Below the pieces are notes generated by a model. The model had not been told where the DNA came from and searched no databases. It saw only the letters and a program-made list of their open reading frames with translations. From Leptospira biflexa (GTDB lineage: Bacteria; Spirochaetota; UBA4802; UB4802), in the NCBI GenBank assembly GCA_020721905.1, contig DYLU01000006.1, positions 918 through 64,917 of the forward strand: a stretch of 64,000 nt of DNA. Reading direction: 5' to 3'. This document shows, piece after piece, positions 19,726 through 31,952 of this stretch; the stretch's first letter is position 1, and the number at the start of each line of letters is the position of its first letter. The translations under genes were made by a program, and so were the position numbers.

Positions 19726-21961
19726 TGGGTGATTTTTTCTCCAATCGGTTTATAGCTTCCTTTGTGGGATATTCAATGCGGGAATGAAAAATACCCTGTA
19801 ACACCTGCACAAATGCATTCTGAATTTTATTTAATTCATTCAGGTTAATATCGGCCCTTTCCAGGTCACCTTCATTCAGCCGATTATAGATTATACGCTT
19901 TACCAGTGTTTCCAGTTTTTCCGGTGTTGGTTCCTGTATTGAACGCGATGCGGCCTCAACAGCATCTGCCAGCATTACAATGGCGGTTTCACGAGAATGC
20001 GGTTTTGGGCCGGGATACTGGAAATCACTTTTATTTATGGAGTTACCGGTATTACTGCTTTCTTCAAGCGCCTGATGATAAAAATATGTCATCACAGACT
20101 GTCCGTGATGCTCACTGATAAAATCAATAACCATTTCCGGAAGATTATTTTTCCGTGCCAGTTCAACGCCTTTTTCAACATGTGAGATAATTAATCTGCA
20201 ATATTCAAGGGCTGACATATCTTTGGCACGCGGGTCGGTAACCTTATTCTCAATATAAAAATTTGCATCCTGAATTTTCCCTATATCATGGTAATACCCG
20301 CCAACGCGTGCCAGCATGGCATTGGCACCAACCTCCTTACATGCGGATTCGGCAAGTGTTGCCACCATCAGTGAATGATTATACGTTCCTGGTGCCTTGA
20401 CAAGCATCTCTTTAAATATTGCTGCATTAAGGTCCGATAGCTCCAGCAATTTAAACTTTGTTGTAACACCAAAGAGATTTTCATATACCGGGAACACACC
20501 AAACACAATGATTGCATTAATGATACCTGATATAAAAGCCAATCCAAAATTATTTGCAATAATACCAAATTGCATTTCCTGCATCAGGCCAACTGCTATG
20601 ACTATCACCGAATTAATAAGCCCTAAGGTAAAACCACCCCTCAGAAAGTCAGAACGACGTTCAACATCGCCAACAACGAATACACCCGATAATGCAGAAC
20701 TGAAAGCTAATAGCAACGTTGTAAAGTCACCCTTCATACTTACCGTAACAAAAAATACAATATACACACCAATCAGCATGGCAATGTGCATATTATACAT
20801 GATTGCAAGTACCATGGTAACTATGGGAATAGGTAAAAGAAGCGGGAAGAACAAACCCTCAAATGTCCTTCCCTGCCACCTGGCTACAAAAAAAGCAATA
20901 ACAATAAAAGTCATCACAAGTGTAAACACTATCAAAGGCATTTTATTATCAACAACCAGGTTGCTGTAATAGGTAATGAGAAAATAGCCAAAAATGACTA
21001 AAAAGCCCAGCTGAATAAGAAGCAGTCCAACAATAAAACCTGAACCAGAGAAGTGTGCATTCTTGTTAATAATATTAATCTTCTGCAACATATCCTCTGT
21101 TATGGTATCACCTGCACGTGCTATGGACTGGCCTTTCTTTATCACCCGGGTAACAGGTTTTACAGACTGTACAGCTTCAGCAATTCTTCTTTTTGTTTCT
21201 TCCTCATTATAAAAAAGGTTTGGCTGTAACAGACTGATAATTACAGAATTTACTGCATACAACACAGCACTTGATGGTTTATTAAGAACATCCTTGCTTA
21301 TGATTGGCACCAGCGATTGTATTTTTTTCATATCTACCAGCACATCAACATTGATTTGTTTTTCTTTTAATTCTGCAGCATCTCCCACTACCCTCACAAT
21401 AACATAATTTGACTGTAATTTTAATGGATTGGTATATGGCTTTTCCAGAATACCATTATTATATATTTGTAATAGAATCTTATTCATATCCCTGTGCAGA
21501 AGCTGTTCATCATATTGCAACAATCCCGCGAGCACTTTATCAGAATATTGCAGATAATCAGGAAGCATTGTCCTTAGCAACAACACCTGTTTTACAGGGC
21601 TGCTGTCAGGCATTTGCTCTTTAACTTTAATAACTGCCTCACACAGCATGTTGCTTATTTTAAGCTTATCTTCAACAATGGATTCATTGAGGTCAAAGAT
21701 GGCGGGCATTGCTTCGGCAATGCGGTTTTTTTCAATTTCGGTTTCTATGGATACAGTGTATTCTATGGCCATGGGTGCACGAATATCCTCCCGTGCAATA
21801 TCCCCGGCCTGATAATTGTATGTGGCACCAATCCTGTTTAATGTCAGAAGGGTAGTTGCGGTAATAATAACTATCAATGTATAGACAAAAGAAGCTTTCA
21901 GGCTTTTTTTCGTGAAAGCAAACTGTATGCCCCTTTTAAAAACCATAAATGAGTTTAACAT
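19715..21961 (-). CDS. 7TM receptor with intracellular HD hydrolase (PgpH/YqfF family)
   Basis: 748 aa. N-terminal extracytoplasmic domain, 7 TM helices, and a C-terminal HD domain (…YYHDIGKI…, HHGQS). Conserved phoH-pgpH-ybeY order. Confidence 0.85.
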   Translation of the reverse strand: MLNSFMVFKRGIQFAFTKKSLKASFVYTLIVIITATTLLTLNRIGATYNYQAGDIAREDIRAPMAIEYTVSIETEIEKNRIAEAMPAIFDLNESIVEDKLKISNMLCEAVIKVKEQMPDSSPVKQVLLLRTMLPDYLQYSDKVLAGLLQYDEQLLHRDMNKILLQIYNNGILEKPYTNPLKLQSNYVIVRVVGDAAELKEKQINVDVLVDMKKIQSLVPIISKDVLNKPSSAVLYAVNSVIISLLQPNLFYNEEETKRRIAEAVQSVKPVTRVIKKGQSIARAGDTITEDMLQKINIINKNAHFSGSGFIVGLLLIQLGFLVIFGYFLITYYSNLVVDNKMPLIVFTLVMTFIVIAFFVARWQGRTFEGLFFPLLLPIPIVTMVLAIMYNMHIAMLIGVYIVFFVTVSMKGDFTTLLLAFSSALSGVFVVGDVERRSDFLRGGFTLGLINSVIVIAVGLMQEMQFGIIANNFGLAFISGIINAIIVFGVFPVYENLFGVTTKFKLLELSDLNAAIFKEMLVKAPGTYNHSLMVATLAESACKEVGANAMLARVGGYYHDIGKIQDANFYIENKVTDPRAKDMSALEYCRLIISHVEKGVELARKNNLPEMVIDFISEHHGQSVMTYFYHQALEESSNTGNSINKSDFQYPGPKPHSRETAIVMLADAVEAASRSIQEPTPEKLETLVKRIIYNRLNEGDLERADINLNELNKIQNAFVQVLQGIFHSRIEYPTKEAINRLEKKSPNGN

Positions 21962-21979
21962 ATAGGTAACCGGATTGTA

Positions 21980-22939
21980 TTATTCAGCATGTTGTTCATA
22001 TGCTGCAATAATTTTTTCAACTATTGGATGCCGGCAAATGTCCTCTTTAGAGAATTCAATGAAGGTAATCTCTTCAATACCATGAAGAATTTTTTGTGCA
22101 GCCAGTAAACCAGATTGTCGTGGTTTTTCAAGATCTATCTGAGTAATATCACCAGATATCACCATTTTTGAACTATTACCCAGACGTGTTAAAAACATCT
22201 TCATCTGTGACGAAGTGGTATTCTGTGCTTCATCAAGTATAATGAATGCTTTGTTAAGTGTACGTCCACGCATATACGCCAGCGGTGCAATCTCAATGAT
22301 CCCTTTTTCCATATACCTGGAAATTCTTTCATAGGGAAGAATATCAAACAGGGCATCATACAGCGGCCGTAAGTATGGATTAATTTTCTGAATAAAATCA
22401 CCAGGCAGGTACCCCAGGCTTTCACCTGCTTCAACAGCAGGCCGTGTTAAAATGATGCGCTCCACCCTGCTTGTCAGCAAAAACTTTACGCCTACAGCTA
22501 CCGCCAGATATGTTTTCCCTGTCCCTGCCGGCCCAATGGATATAGTGATGGGGCTTTTATGGATTGCCGACATGTAATTTGCCTGATTGACAGTTTTGGG
22601 TACAATGGTTTTCCCTGTTTCAGGGATTACAATCTTTAGTCTGTTGATTTCATCGGCATCTACTTTAATCCCCTGATTAATGGAAAGCGCCAGATAGCGT
22701 ATATCAAAATCATCAAATTCATAGAGAGAATCACGCATATATAAATAATCACCCATCAGGTGCAAAAGCTGTAATGCCTTAGCAGCATTATCAGCGGAAG
22801 CTTCAACTATCAGGGTATTGCCCCGGGGGATTATTGTAACATCAAGAAGCTTTTCAATTGCTTTAATATTCTTATCATTATATCCACATATACGTTTATA
22901 AACAGATATATCGTCAATTTCAAATTTTGTATCTACCAT
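21980..22939 (-). CDS. phoH: PhoH-like ATPase
   Basis: 319 aa. Walker A GPAGTGKTYLAVAVGV. Confidence 0.9.
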   Translation of the reverse strand: MVDTKFEIDDISVYKRICGYNDKNIKAIEKLLDVTIIPRGNTLIVEASADNAAKALQLLHLMGDYLYMRDSLYEFDDFDIRYLALSINQGIKVDADEINRLKIVIPETGKTIVPKTVNQANYMSAIHKSPITISIGPAGTGKTYLAVAVGVKFLLTSRVERIILTRPAVEAGESLGYLPGDFIQKINPYLRPLYDALFDILPYERISRYMEKGIIEIAPLAYMRGRTLNKAFIILDEAQNTTSSQMKMFLTRLGNSSKMVISGDITQIDLEKPRQSGLLAAQKILHGIEEITFIEFSKEDICRHPIVEKIIAAYEQHAE

Positions 22940-24714
22940 TATAGTTCAACCACCTTGATAGATAGTTCTTTTAACTGCTGTGCACTCACCGGCGAAGGCG
23001 CTTCACTCATAAGGCACTGCCCTTTCTGCGTTTTGGGGAAAGCAATCACATCCCGTATGGAATTGCGTTTTAAAAGCAGCATCAGGATCCTGTCCAAACC
23101 CAGTGCTATCCCACCATGAGGCGGTGCTCCATATTTTAATGCGTCCAGCAAAAATGAAAACTTTATCTTTGCCTCTTCCTCGGAAATGCCAAGTATACTG
23201 AACATCTTTTTCTGTAATGGCATACGGTTGATTCGGATAGAACCACCGCCAATTTCAACACCGTTCAGGACAACATCATAAGCCTGTGCCTTAATTGCTT
23301 CCGTTGTTTGCGGGGTAATGGTATCAAGCATAGGCTCACACTGAGGTTTTGGCGCTGTAAACGGATGATGCATAGCATAGTAGCGGCCTTCCTCAGCATC
23401 GTATTCCAGAAGTGGAAAATCAACAACCCACAGGAAGTTAAGTTTATTTTCGTCAATCAGATTAAGCTGCTGGGCAATCCTGATGCGCAGATTGCCCAGT
23501 GCATCATTTACAATCTTTGGCTTATCACAGGAAAAAATAATGAGTGAATTGGAATTGAGTTTTAACCTGTCAACAAGCTTTTGCTTTTCACTATCGCTTA
23601 AAAATTTTGCTATCCCTGTTTCAAAAGCGCTTCCTGTATAACGCACACTTGGCAATCCCATGGCTTTAAACGTGCGCACGTAATTGATGTATTCATCAAT
23701 CATTGCACGTGAAATTTTGCCTTCATCGTTAATAACTATCGCCTTAATAATGCCACCATTTCCCAATGCCGCTTTAAAAACATTAAATGATGAATTGGTA
23801 AAAATATCACTCACATCATTCAGTTCCAGCTCAAAACGTGTGTCAGGGGCATCCTTGCCATAGCGCTGCATGACTTCATCATACGTTAATACCGGAAATG
23901 GGGTTGCAATTTCTTTAGCCAGTACATCTTTAACAATCTCTTTTAAAAGTCCTTCAATAATGTTCATAATAATTGAAGGATTGATAAATGACATTTCTAC
24001 GTCCACCTGGGTAAATTCAGGCTGGCGGTCATTGCGCAGATCTTCATCACGGAAACATTTGGCAATCTGAAAATAGCGGTCAAAACCGGATATCATCAAA
24101 ATCTGTTTAAACAGCTGGGGCGATTGTGGCAATGCATAAAATGCACCACGGTTAATACGGCTAGGAACAAGAAAATCACGGGCACCTTCAGGTGTGGACT
24201 TATTCAGTATTGGCGTTTCAACTTCAATAAATCGGTTATCAGTAAGATATCGCCGTATAGTCTGCATAACCCTATGACGTACTATAATAGCTTCCTGCAT
24301 ATCAGCCCTGCGAAGATCTAAATAACGGTATTTCAACCGCACCTCTTCGTTCAGATTAGTATGTGTGTCAATGGGGAATGGTGTCACTTCTGATTCTGAT
24401 AAAATGGTAATATCCTGTCCAATAACCTCTATCATGCCAGTTTTAAGACCGGGATTGACTGTTTCTATAGAACGCTTTGCAACCTCACCGGTTACATAAA
24501 TGCAATATTCATTTTTCACTGTGTCTGCCTTTTCATATGCACTACTGTTTTTGGAAGCATCAAACACAATCTGTACAATTCCTGTCACGTCCCTCATCTC
24601 AATAAATATTATACCACCTAAATCGCGTTTGGTATCAACCCAGCCAGCCAAATGAACCAGCGTACCAACATCATTCAATGTTAATTCACCACAGTAGTTT
24701 CTTTGTTCAAACAT
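22939..24714 (-). CDS. aspS: Aspartate--tRNA ligase
   Basis: Class II aaRS motifs (FRDEDLR, GGGSIRI, GLDRILML) and an N-terminal OB anticodon-binding domain. Start placed at the ATG at 24714 (MFEQRNYCGELT) rather than the track's 24759. Confidence 0.9.
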   Translation of the reverse strand: MFEQRNYCGELTLNDVGTLVHLAGWVDTKRDLGGIIFIEMRDVTGIVQIVFDASKNSSAYEKADTVKNEYCIYVTGEVAKRSIETVNPGLKTGMIEVIGQDITILSESEVTPFPIDTHTNLNEEVRLKYRYLDLRRADMQEAIIVRHRVMQTIRRYLTDNRFIEVETPILNKSTPEGARDFLVPSRINRGAFYALPQSPQLFKQILMISGFDRYFQIAKCFRDEDLRNDRQPEFTQVDVEMSFINPSIIMNIIEGLLKEIVKDVLAKEIATPFPVLTYDEVMQRYGKDAPDTRFELELNDVSDIFTNSSFNVFKAALGNGGIIKAIVINDEGKISRAMIDEYINYVRTFKAMGLPSVRYTGSAFETGIAKFLSDSEKQKLVDRLKLNSNSLIIFSCDKPKIVNDALGNLRIRIAQQLNLIDENKLNFLWVVDFPLLEYDAEEGRYYAMHHPFTAPKPQCEPMLDTITPQTTEAIKAQAYDVVLNGVEIGGGSIRINRMPLQKKMFSILGISEEEAKIKFSFLLDALKYGAPPHGGIALGLDRILMLLLKRNSIRDVIAFPKTQKGQCLMSEAPSPVSAQQLKELSIKVVEL

Positions 24715-24900
24715 TCCCCTAACCCAATAGAAAATAATATAGCAACATACCAGAATCAATATAAAAATTCAAAAAAATATACAACGTTACTCCAAGCCTT
24801 TAAGCACATTACCACAAGCAGGGCATTGCACCTTATAATTTGATTTCGATAGTATTACGGAGGCAGGCTTATTTTTGTCAAGTAATTATATGCATGCAGC

Positions 24901-26256
24901 TTATTTCATTGTTTTAAACGTATTTACAATGGCTTCACACTGTTTTTTTGATTTCCCTTCAGCAATAATTCTGAATATTGGCTCCGTATTGGAAGGACGC
25001 AAATGTACCCAGCCGCCATTAAACACATCATGTTGAACAAAATCTATGCGTATGCCATCAAGGGTATTAATGACTTCGTTAGCATACTGTTCTTTAATTT
25101 TTTTGGCGATAGTTCTGGTATCAAATCCACTGTCAATAGCCATGGTATCCTTATGCATATAATACACAGGCAGCGATGCTACAATCTGTGAAATTGGCTC
25201 TTTGCTGTGTGCCATAAGCTCCAGACAATACCCAATACCAACCAGGCTATCCCTCCCGTAATGAACCTCAGGCGCTATAACACCACCATTACCCTCGCCG
25301 CCAATCACTGCCCTGTATTTTTTCATTGCTTCAACCACATGTATTTCGCCAACCTTTGAACGATACACCGGTGCGCCAAAACGGGAAGCAACATCTTCAA
25401 TTGCCTTTGTTGTGGACATATTCACCACTACAGGCCCCTTCTTCTTTGCAAGACAGCGCATAGCAGCCAGTGTCACGGTAAGCTCCTCACCAATGGGATT
25501 TCCTTTTTCATTAACTATCGCCAGCCTGTCTGCGTCCGGGTCCTGCGCAAAGCCAATATCAGCCTTATGATTTTTTAGCGCCCGGGACAATGCTTTTAAA
25601 TTTTTTGCAACAGGTTCTGCACCACGGGGAAACGTGCCGGCAGCCATATCGCAATGAATGGGTATTACCCTGCATCCTAATTTTTTCAATAGTTGCTGAG
25701 TAATGAATGAACCGGCACCGTTCACCGAATCAAGTACCACCGTGAATTTTCTTTTTCTGACAGCCGCAACGTCTATGGCAGCAAGCACTTTTTCAATATG
25801 GATGTCTGCCGCAGAACTATCGTACATAACAGGTTTTATGGCATTCCATCTGGCACCAAAAGGCGTAATGGTATCAACAAGTGACAGAAACGTATTCATC
25901 TCATCGGGACCAAAGAAGCTGCCGGTTGCATTAATAAGCTTGAAAGCATTCCACTGTATGGGATTATGTGATGCAGAAATAACCACACCACCTCTGGCCT
26001 TAGTGTGCTCAACCATAATCTGCACAGTAGGGGTTGGGACCACACCAATATCAATGACCTGGCAGCCGCATAATGACAGCACACTCTCAAAACACTGTGC
26101 AATCTGCTGCCCGGTAATGCGCGAGTCACGGCCAATAATAACCTTGCCGCCACCTATGTGACTGGCAAATGCCATTGCAACTGTGGTAATCAAATCGGGC
26201 GTAAAAGATTCCCCAACCACACCCCGAATACCTGAAATGCTTTTCATTAAACTCAT
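24901..26256 (-). CDS. glmM: Phosphoglucosamine mutase GlmM
   Basis: 451 aa. N-terminal SGIRGVVGE; active-site SASHNPIQWNAFK. Confidence 0.85.
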   Translation of the reverse strand: MSLMKSISGIRGVVGESFTPDLITTVAMAFASHIGGGKVIIGRDSRITGQQIAQCFESVLSLCGCQVIDIGVVPTPTVQIMVEHTKARGGVVISASHNPIQWNAFKLINATGSFFGPDEMNTFLSLVDTITPFGARWNAIKPVMYDSSAADIHIEKVLAAIDVAAVRKRKFTVVLDSVNGAGSFITQQLLKKLGCRVIPIHCDMAAGTFPRGAEPVAKNLKALSRALKNHKADIGFAQDPDADRLAIVNEKGNPIGEELTVTLAAMRCLAKKKGPVVVNMSTTKAIEDVASRFGAPVYRSKVGEIHVVEAMKKYRAVIGGEGNGGVIAPEVHYGRDSLVGIGYCLELMAHSKEPISQIVASLPVYYMHKDTMAIDSGFDTRTIAKKIKEQYANEVINTLDGIRIDFVQHDVFNGGWVHLRPSNTEPIFRIIAEGKSKKQCEAIVNTFKTMK

Positions 26257-26320
26257 AATAAACCTCTTTATGCACTACGTACCAAGATTGTTAATCAAAC
26301 ATGTCTTGTTGGCTGTATAG

Positions 26321-29068
26321 TTATCCTCGCCGGCTTCTTCTTGTTTTTTTGCGCTTCACACCGCCTGTTATTTCCACCTTTTTGTCTTCCTGGGTGCGTA
26401 TAGAAGGCCGTGGTATAGCAGCAACAGGAATACCACCTGCACCAAATTGTTCAACCTCAGGTTTGACTTCCTGTCCAAACGGTACAAGATGCTCTTCCGG
26501 CCTGATTTCAATTTCATCAACCTTCTGTAAGCGCACTTTCAGAAGCATCTCAATGATATCTAATTTCAGATTATCAAGCATTTCGTTGAAAAGCTCAAAA
26601 CCCCTTAGCTTATACTCAACCAGCGGGTTACGCTCACTGTAGCCTGCTGTCCATATCCCGTCACGCAGGTCATCCATGACCAGCAGGTGATCACGCCACT
26701 TGGTATCTATCACCTGAAGCGATACAAGCCGTTCAAGAGTGCGCATATGATCGCTGCCAACTTCTTCTTCCTTTGCTCTATATAATTTAAGCAATTCTTC
26801 CTTCACAGCATCAATAAGTTCATCATGCGACAAACTTTCATTATCAATTCCTAAAGATCCAATATCAAATCCAAACTTTGATCTTAAGAAACCATTTAAG
26901 CCTTCAATATCCCAATCGTCCAAATGACGTTTGCCTTCCGTAAAATAAGGAATCCAGCTTTCCACCACATCATCAATATACTCACGAATCTTAGGCGAAA
27001 CATCTTCACCATCAAGGATAGCATTGCGTTCCCTATAAATATATTCACGCTGACTGTTCATGACATCGTCATATTCCAGCAGGTGCTTGCGTATCTCAAA
27101 GTTTCTTCCTTCCACTCTTTTTTGTGCATTTTCAATGGCACGCGACACCATCCTGCTTTCAATTTCCTGTCCTTCATCCATACCCAGACGCTGCATAATA
27201 CTGGAAATGCGGTCCGAGCCAAAAATACGCATCAGGTCATCTTCAAGTGAAAGATAAAACCGTGATGAACCTGGATCGCCCTGCCTTCCTGAACGCCCAC
27301 GCAATTGATTATCAATCCGGCGTGCTTCATGACGTTCAGTACCCAGAATGTGTAATCCGCCAGCTGCAACCACCTTGTTATGATTATCAAGCCATTCTTT
27401 CCCTTTACGCACAATATCAAGTGCTTTGTGCTGATCCTGTCCTGTCATGGTATTTGCAAGGCTAGCTGCCTCTTCAAAATTACTTTTTAAAATTGCTTCC
27501 CGAAAGCGTTCCCAAAGTATTGCATCATGAATGGGCTTCCAGTGTTCAAGTTCATCAATATACGTCTTTCTACCACCAAGTACAATGTCAGTACCACGCC
27601 CGGCCATATTGGTGGCGATAGTTACTGTACCAGGACGCCCTGCTTCGGCAATAATCTGGGCTTCTTTTTCATGATACTTTGCGTTTAATACATTGTGGGG
27701 AATGCCTGCTCTTTTCAGCATGTCCGATAATTTTTCAGATTTTTCAATAGAGATAGTACCTACCAGTACTGGCCTGCCCTCCTCCCGCAGTTGCTGAATT
27801 TCCTGTACTATAGCGTTAAACTTTTCTTTCTCAGTGCGATAGATCCTGTCAGGGTAATCGGTTCTTCGTACTGGTTCATTTGTGGGAATGACTACAACAT
27901 CTAAGTTATATATCTTTTTAAATTCGATGGCTTCTGTATCTGCGGTACCGGTCATGCCTGCTAACTTTTTATTCATCCTGAAATAATTCTGGAATGTAAT
28001 CTGTGCAAATGTCTGGCTTTCACGGGCTATTGGAACATTTTCCTTTGCTTCCAGTGCCTGATGCAATCCATCAGAATAGCGCCTGCCGGGCATAAGCCTT
28101 CCGGTAAACTCATCCACAATAATGACCTGCCCTTCTTTCACAATGTAATCAATATCACGTTTGAATAAGGTATGAGCTTTCAGTGCCTGATTAACATGAT
28201 GCACCAGTTCAATATTGCTGCTATCGTACAGATTATCTATCTTTAAAAGCTTTTCAACATGTTTCACACCTTCTTCGGTCAACAGGACATTGCGGTCTTT
28301 TTCATTTATTTCATAATCAACGCCTTCTGTAAGGCTTGGTATAATTTTATTAATCAGATAGTATTTCTTAGTGGATTCATCAGTGGAACCTGAAATGATA
28401 AGCGGCGTACGCGCTTCATCAATAAGTATTGAATCAACCTCGTCCACAATTGCATAGTAAAGATCACGCTGTACCCTGAGTGATTTATGTTCCACCATAT
28501 TATCTCTAAGGTAATCAAAACCAAATTCGTTATTGGTTCCGTATGTCACATCGCAGCGGTACGCCTTCTGTCGTGCATAATAATCCATATTATGCTGAAT
28601 AACACCAACCGTAAGCCCTAAATAGTTATAGATTGGTCCCATCCACTCAGAGTCACGGCGTGCTAAATAATCGTTAACTGTAACAACATGGACACCTTTC
28701 CCTGCCAGTGCATTGAGATATACCGGCATTGTTGCAACCAGCGTTTTCCCTTCACCTGTCTTCATTTCAGCAATCTTGCCCTGATGCAGTACAATTGCAC
28801 CCATAAGCTGGACATCAAAATGACGCATGCCAATGGTACGCCACGCAGCCTCTCTTACCATGGCAAATGCATACGGTAACAGTTCATCAATTGGCTGCCC
28901 CTGCTCTATGCGCCCTCTGAATTCAGCAGTTTTTGCCAGCATCTGGTCCTGTGTTAATGTTTTAACCTCATCTTCCAGTGCATTTATTTGAGCTACAATG
29001 GGCTGTAGCTTTTTAATATCACGTTCGTGCTTTGTACCAAAAAACAAACTCAAAATCTTATCTATCAT
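26321..29068 (-). CDS. secA: Preprotein translocase ATPase SecA
   Basis: 915 aa. DEAD-like motor ([27 protein letters not shown]), preprotein cross-linking and helical scaffold domains. The C-terminus lacks the SEC-C zinc finger. Confidence 0.95.
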   Translation of the reverse strand: MIDKILSLFFGTKHERDIKKLQPIVAQINALEDEVKTLTQDQMLAKTAEFRGRIEQGQPIDELLPYAFAMVREAAWRTIGMRHFDVQLMGAIVLHQGKIAEMKTGEGKTLVATMPVYLNALAGKGVHVVTVNDYLARRDSEWMGPIYNYLGLTVGVIQHNMDYYARQKAYRCDVTYGTNNEFGFDYLRDNMVEHKSLRVQRDLYYAIVDEVDSILIDEARTPLIISGSTDESTKKYYLINKIIPSLTEGVDYEINEKDRNVLLTEEGVKHVEKLLKIDNLYDSSNIELVHHVNQALKAHTLFKRDIDYIVKEGQVIIVDEFTGRLMPGRRYSDGLHQALEAKENVPIARESQTFAQITFQNYFRMNKKLAGMTGTADTEAIEFKKIYNLDVVVIPTNEPVRRTDYPDRIYRTEKEKFNAIVQEIQQLREEGRPVLVGTISIEKSEKLSDMLKRAGIPHNVLNAKYHEKEAQIIAEAGRPGTVTIATNMAGRGTDIVLGGRKTYIDELEHWKPIHDAILWERFREAILKSNFEEAASLANTMTGQDQHKALDIVRKGKEWLDNHNKVVAAGGLHILGTERHEARRIDNQLRGRSGRQGDPGSSRFYLSLEDDLMRIFGSDRISSIMQRLGMDEGQEIESRMVSRAIENAQKRVEGRNFEIRKHLLEYDDVMNSQREYIYRERNAILDGEDVSPKIREYIDDVVESWIPYFTEGKRHLDDWDIEGLNGFLRSKFGFDIGSLGIDNESLSHDELIDAVKEELLKLYRAKEEEVGSDHMRTLERLVSLQVIDTKWRDHLLVMDDLRDGIWTAGYSERNPLVEYKLRGFELFNEMLDNLKLDIIEMLLKVRLQKVDEIEIRPEEHLVPFGQEVKPEVEQFGAGGIPVAAIPRPSIRTQEDKKVEITGGVKRKKTRRSRRG

Positions 29069-29318
29069 ATCATTTACCTGTTTATAAAATTATGATTTAC
29101 TATTCTTTAAATAACTCTTTATACAAGTATTTTTTTGCATGAGTTAAATTTATTTTTTTAATACCCTAATGTAGAAACAATTATATATCTGTTGTTACAT
29201 AAAAGCATGTACTGTATATCTTCCTAAAACTAACATACTTTTTCAAACCACAATTAAATTAACCCTTTTCATTCATTGCATTGCTGATAACCAGAAGCGC
29301 CAAAATTACTCCCAACCA

Positions 29319-30425
29319 TCAAAAAACAATCAAATCATCCCTGTTAATAACCTCTTCATAGTATTTTGAACCAAATATTTTTTTTATCTCCTGAGTGTTC
29401 CTGCCTTTTATTTTTTCTAGCTCTCCACTGGTATAATTGACAATACCTTTTGCAATGAGGGTTCCTCTTTTATCAGTAATTTCAACTGCATCACCCAGGT
29501 CAAAATTTCCTTCCACCTGTGTTATGCCTATGGCCAGCAATGATTTTTTATTTTTCGTAAGTGCCTTAACTGCCCCATCATCAATAACAAGCTTCCCTTT
29601 TGGTTTTACATTGAATGCTATCCAGCGCTTTTTGCTTTTCATTTGCGTTTTGCCCAAAAACAGTGTACCTATCTTTTCACCCTGCATGATGAGCCTTAAG
29701 ATATGTTTTATCCTGCCATTGGCAATAATCATCATCTCGCCGGATTGTATGACCATTTCTCCGGCTTTGATTTTTGTATACATACCACCTGTACCATGCT
29801 CACTGCCTGCACCGCGGCAGCGCTTTCGCACATCATCATTGATTTCATGAATCTCTGATACCGGTTCACTGTCACCTTCATCCCAGTAAAAGCCATCAAC
29901 ATCTGACAGCAGCACCAAAAGATTTGCCTGCACAATATTGGCAACATGAGCAGACAGAGTATCATTATCGCCAAATTTAATCTCTTTGATCACAACCGAG
30001 TCATTTTCATTAACTATCGGTACAACACCCATTTCCAGAAGTGCGTTTAAGGTATGGCGTGCATTTAAAAACCTGCGTCTGTGTTTCACATCATCTTCGG
30101 TAAGTAATATCTGACCAACTTCATAACCATATTTATTGAAGCACTCACGGTACACATCCATAAGTACGGATTGACCAATGGCCGCCAGAGCTTGCTTTTC
30201 AGGAATGGTACACAGATTTCGTTTTTTCTTCATAATCGCTGAACCGGCACTGATAGCTCCGGAACTTACAATAACAACCCGGTATTTTTTCTTTAATAGA
30301 AATACGATATCATCAACAAGCTGAATAACCTGCTTTTTTGATATGCCAGATTCATCAGTAATGAGCGATGATCCAACTTTAACTACAATCGTTTTGACAT
30401 GTTTCAAATATGCAGAACGCGGCAT
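29319..30425 (-). CDS. proB: Glutamate 5-kinase ProB with C-terminal PUA domain
   Basis: 368 aa. The amino-acid kinase N-terminus begins at the fourth codon (MPRSAYLKHVKTIVVKVGSSLITD). 4-nt gap to obg. Confidence 0.9.
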   Translation of the reverse strand: MPRSAYLKHVKTIVVKVGSSLITDESGISKKQVIQLVDDIVFLLKKKYRVVIVSSGAISAGSAIMKKKRNLCTIPEKQALAAIGQSVLMDVYRECFNKYGYEVGQILLTEDDVKHRRRFLNARHTLNALLEMGVVPIVNENDSVVIKEIKFGDNDTLSAHVANIVQANLLVLLSDVDGFYWDEGDSEPVSEIHEINDDVRKRCRGAGSEHGTGGMYTKIKAGEMVIQSGEMMIIANGRIKHILRLIMQGEKIGTLFLGKTQMKSKKRWIAFNVKPKGKLVIDDGAVKALTKNKKSLLAIGITQVEGNFDLGDAVEITDKRGTLIAKGIVNYTSGELEKIKGRNTQEIKKIFGSKYYEEVINRDDLIVF

Positions 30426-30429
30426 GTAA

Positions 30430-31413
30430 CTATTCCATTAACAAAAAAAGTTTTTCTATTAATATATCTATATTGTATCCTGTCAATGATGATATGGGAA
30501 GTACCGTATATTTTTCTTTTTCAAGCACTGCAATACGATTAAGTATTACTGATTCATTTACACAATCGCTTTTGGTTAATAGTATCATGGATGTTCTTTG
30601 GGGTAAATCCTCATTATATGTAGACAGCTCGGCTTTTAACAGTGAAAGCGTGTACAGCGGGTCAGCATCTGTTGCCTCAATGCAGAACAGAATAATCCGC
30701 ACACGCTCAATATGCTGTAAAAACGAAAGCCCCAACCCAAGTCCTTTATGTGCTCCTTCAATGATTCCCGGTATGTCTGCTATTTTAATTACTGTCTCAC
30801 CCCGCTCAATAACTCCTAAATTGGGTATAAGCGTTGTAAACGGATAGTCAGCAATCTTTGGCCGGGCATTAGTGATTGATTTCAGCAGGGTTGACTTACC
30901 CACATTGGGAAGCCCCACTAAACCCACATCAGCAATTAATTTAAGATTTAGTAAAATGGAACGCTCTTCACCGGGCATGCCAGGCTGTGCAAACCGTGGT
31001 GCCTGATGTGTTGCTGTTTTAAAAAAAGCATTGCCCTTCCCTCCCATACCGCCTTGGGCAACACACACTGTATCACCCTCATGAACAAGATCAGCTAATA
31101 GTTCTCCGGTTTCTGCATCCAGCACCTGTGTACCTGCCGGTACATGTATAACTAAATTTTGCCCATCCTTCCCATGACGGTTTTGACCCATCCCAAAACC
31201 GCCATTCTGTGCTTTATATATCCTATCCTTAAAAAGATGCCCTAAGTTATAATATCCCTGCGTGGCCTGAATGATGACATCGCCGCCTCTACCCCCGTCA
31301 CCACCATCAGGCCCTCCTTTTGGGATATACTTTTCCCTTCTGAACGAAACAGAACCGGCACCACCTTTGCCAGCACGCACCTTGATCACTATGTTATCTT
31401 TGAATTTTGCCAC
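30430..31413 (-). CDS. obg: GTPase Obg/CgtA
   Basis: Gly-rich Obg fold (GGKGGAGSVSFRREKYIPKGGPDGGDGGRGGDV); G-domain GLVGLPNVGKST. Confidence 0.95.
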   Translation of the reverse strand: MAKFKDNIVIKVRAGKGGAGSVSFRREKYIPKGGPDGGDGGRGGDVIIQATQGYYNLGHLFKDRIYKAQNGGFGMGQNRHGKDGQNLVIHVPAGTQVLDAETGELLADLVHEGDTVCVAQGGMGGKGNAFFKTATHQAPRFAQPGMPGEERSILLNLKLIADVGLVGLPNVGKSTLLKSITNARPKIADYPFTTLIPNLGVIERGETVIKIADIPGIIEGAHKGLGLGLSFLQHIERVRIILFCIEATDADPLYTLSLLKAELSTYNEDLPQRTSMILLTKSDCVNESVILNRIAVLEKEKYTVLPISSLTGYNIDILIEKLFLLME

Positions 31414-31567
31414 ATTATTACCTTTTTTACTGTATAACTCATATGAACGTATAGTACAGGATAGCTCACGCTATGTATTCTGCATGAAAATAGATTGCTA
31501 TGGACATATAGTATCTTCATCACAATGAAAAACCACCTGTGCGGCTATAGAACATTATTTTGCACAT

Positions 31568-31606
31568 AAAAAAAGCTTATATTGTTACAACAACAATACA
31601 AGCTTT
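31568..31606 (-). terminator. Rho-independent terminator after the rplU-prp-rpmA operon
   Basis: On the minus strand: AAGCUUGUAUUGU-UGUUGUA-ACAAUAUAAGCUU followed by UUUUUUUAU. It lies about 40 nt downstream of the rpmA stop. The stem has one mismatch. Confidence 0.5.
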
Positions 31607-31648
31607 TACCAGTATAGCTGTATGGATGATAATATACTGTACTGTAGC

Positions 31649-31909
31649 CTATGCCTGAACAGGATACACCGATACCTTTTTTCTTTCCTTATCAAGGCGT
31701 TCAAATTTCACTATCCCGTCAGTGATAGCAAACAGAGTATCATCGCTGCCGCGTTTTACATTAGTTCCAGGATGCAATCTGGTTCCTCTCTGGCGTACTA
31801 TTATTGAGCCACTTTTCACAAACTGCCCGGCAAAAACCTTGACTCCCAGGCGTTGTGACTGGGAATCCCGTCCGTTTCGTGATGAACCGCCGCCTTTTTT
31901 ATGTGCCAT
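31649..31909 (-). CDS. rpmA: 50S ribosomal protein L27
   Basis: [24 protein letters not shown]. In-frame TGA three codons upstream of the ATG, so there is no N-terminal extension. RBS TGAGGTGA. Confidence 0.95.
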   Translation of the reverse strand: MAHKKGGGSSRNGRDSQSQRLGVKVFAGQFVKSGSIIVRQRGTRLHPGTNVKRGSDDTLFAITDGIVKFERLDKERKKVSVYPVQA

Positions 31910-31952
31910 ATATTCACCTCATTATTTCATTAATTATCGTAATATAGTACCT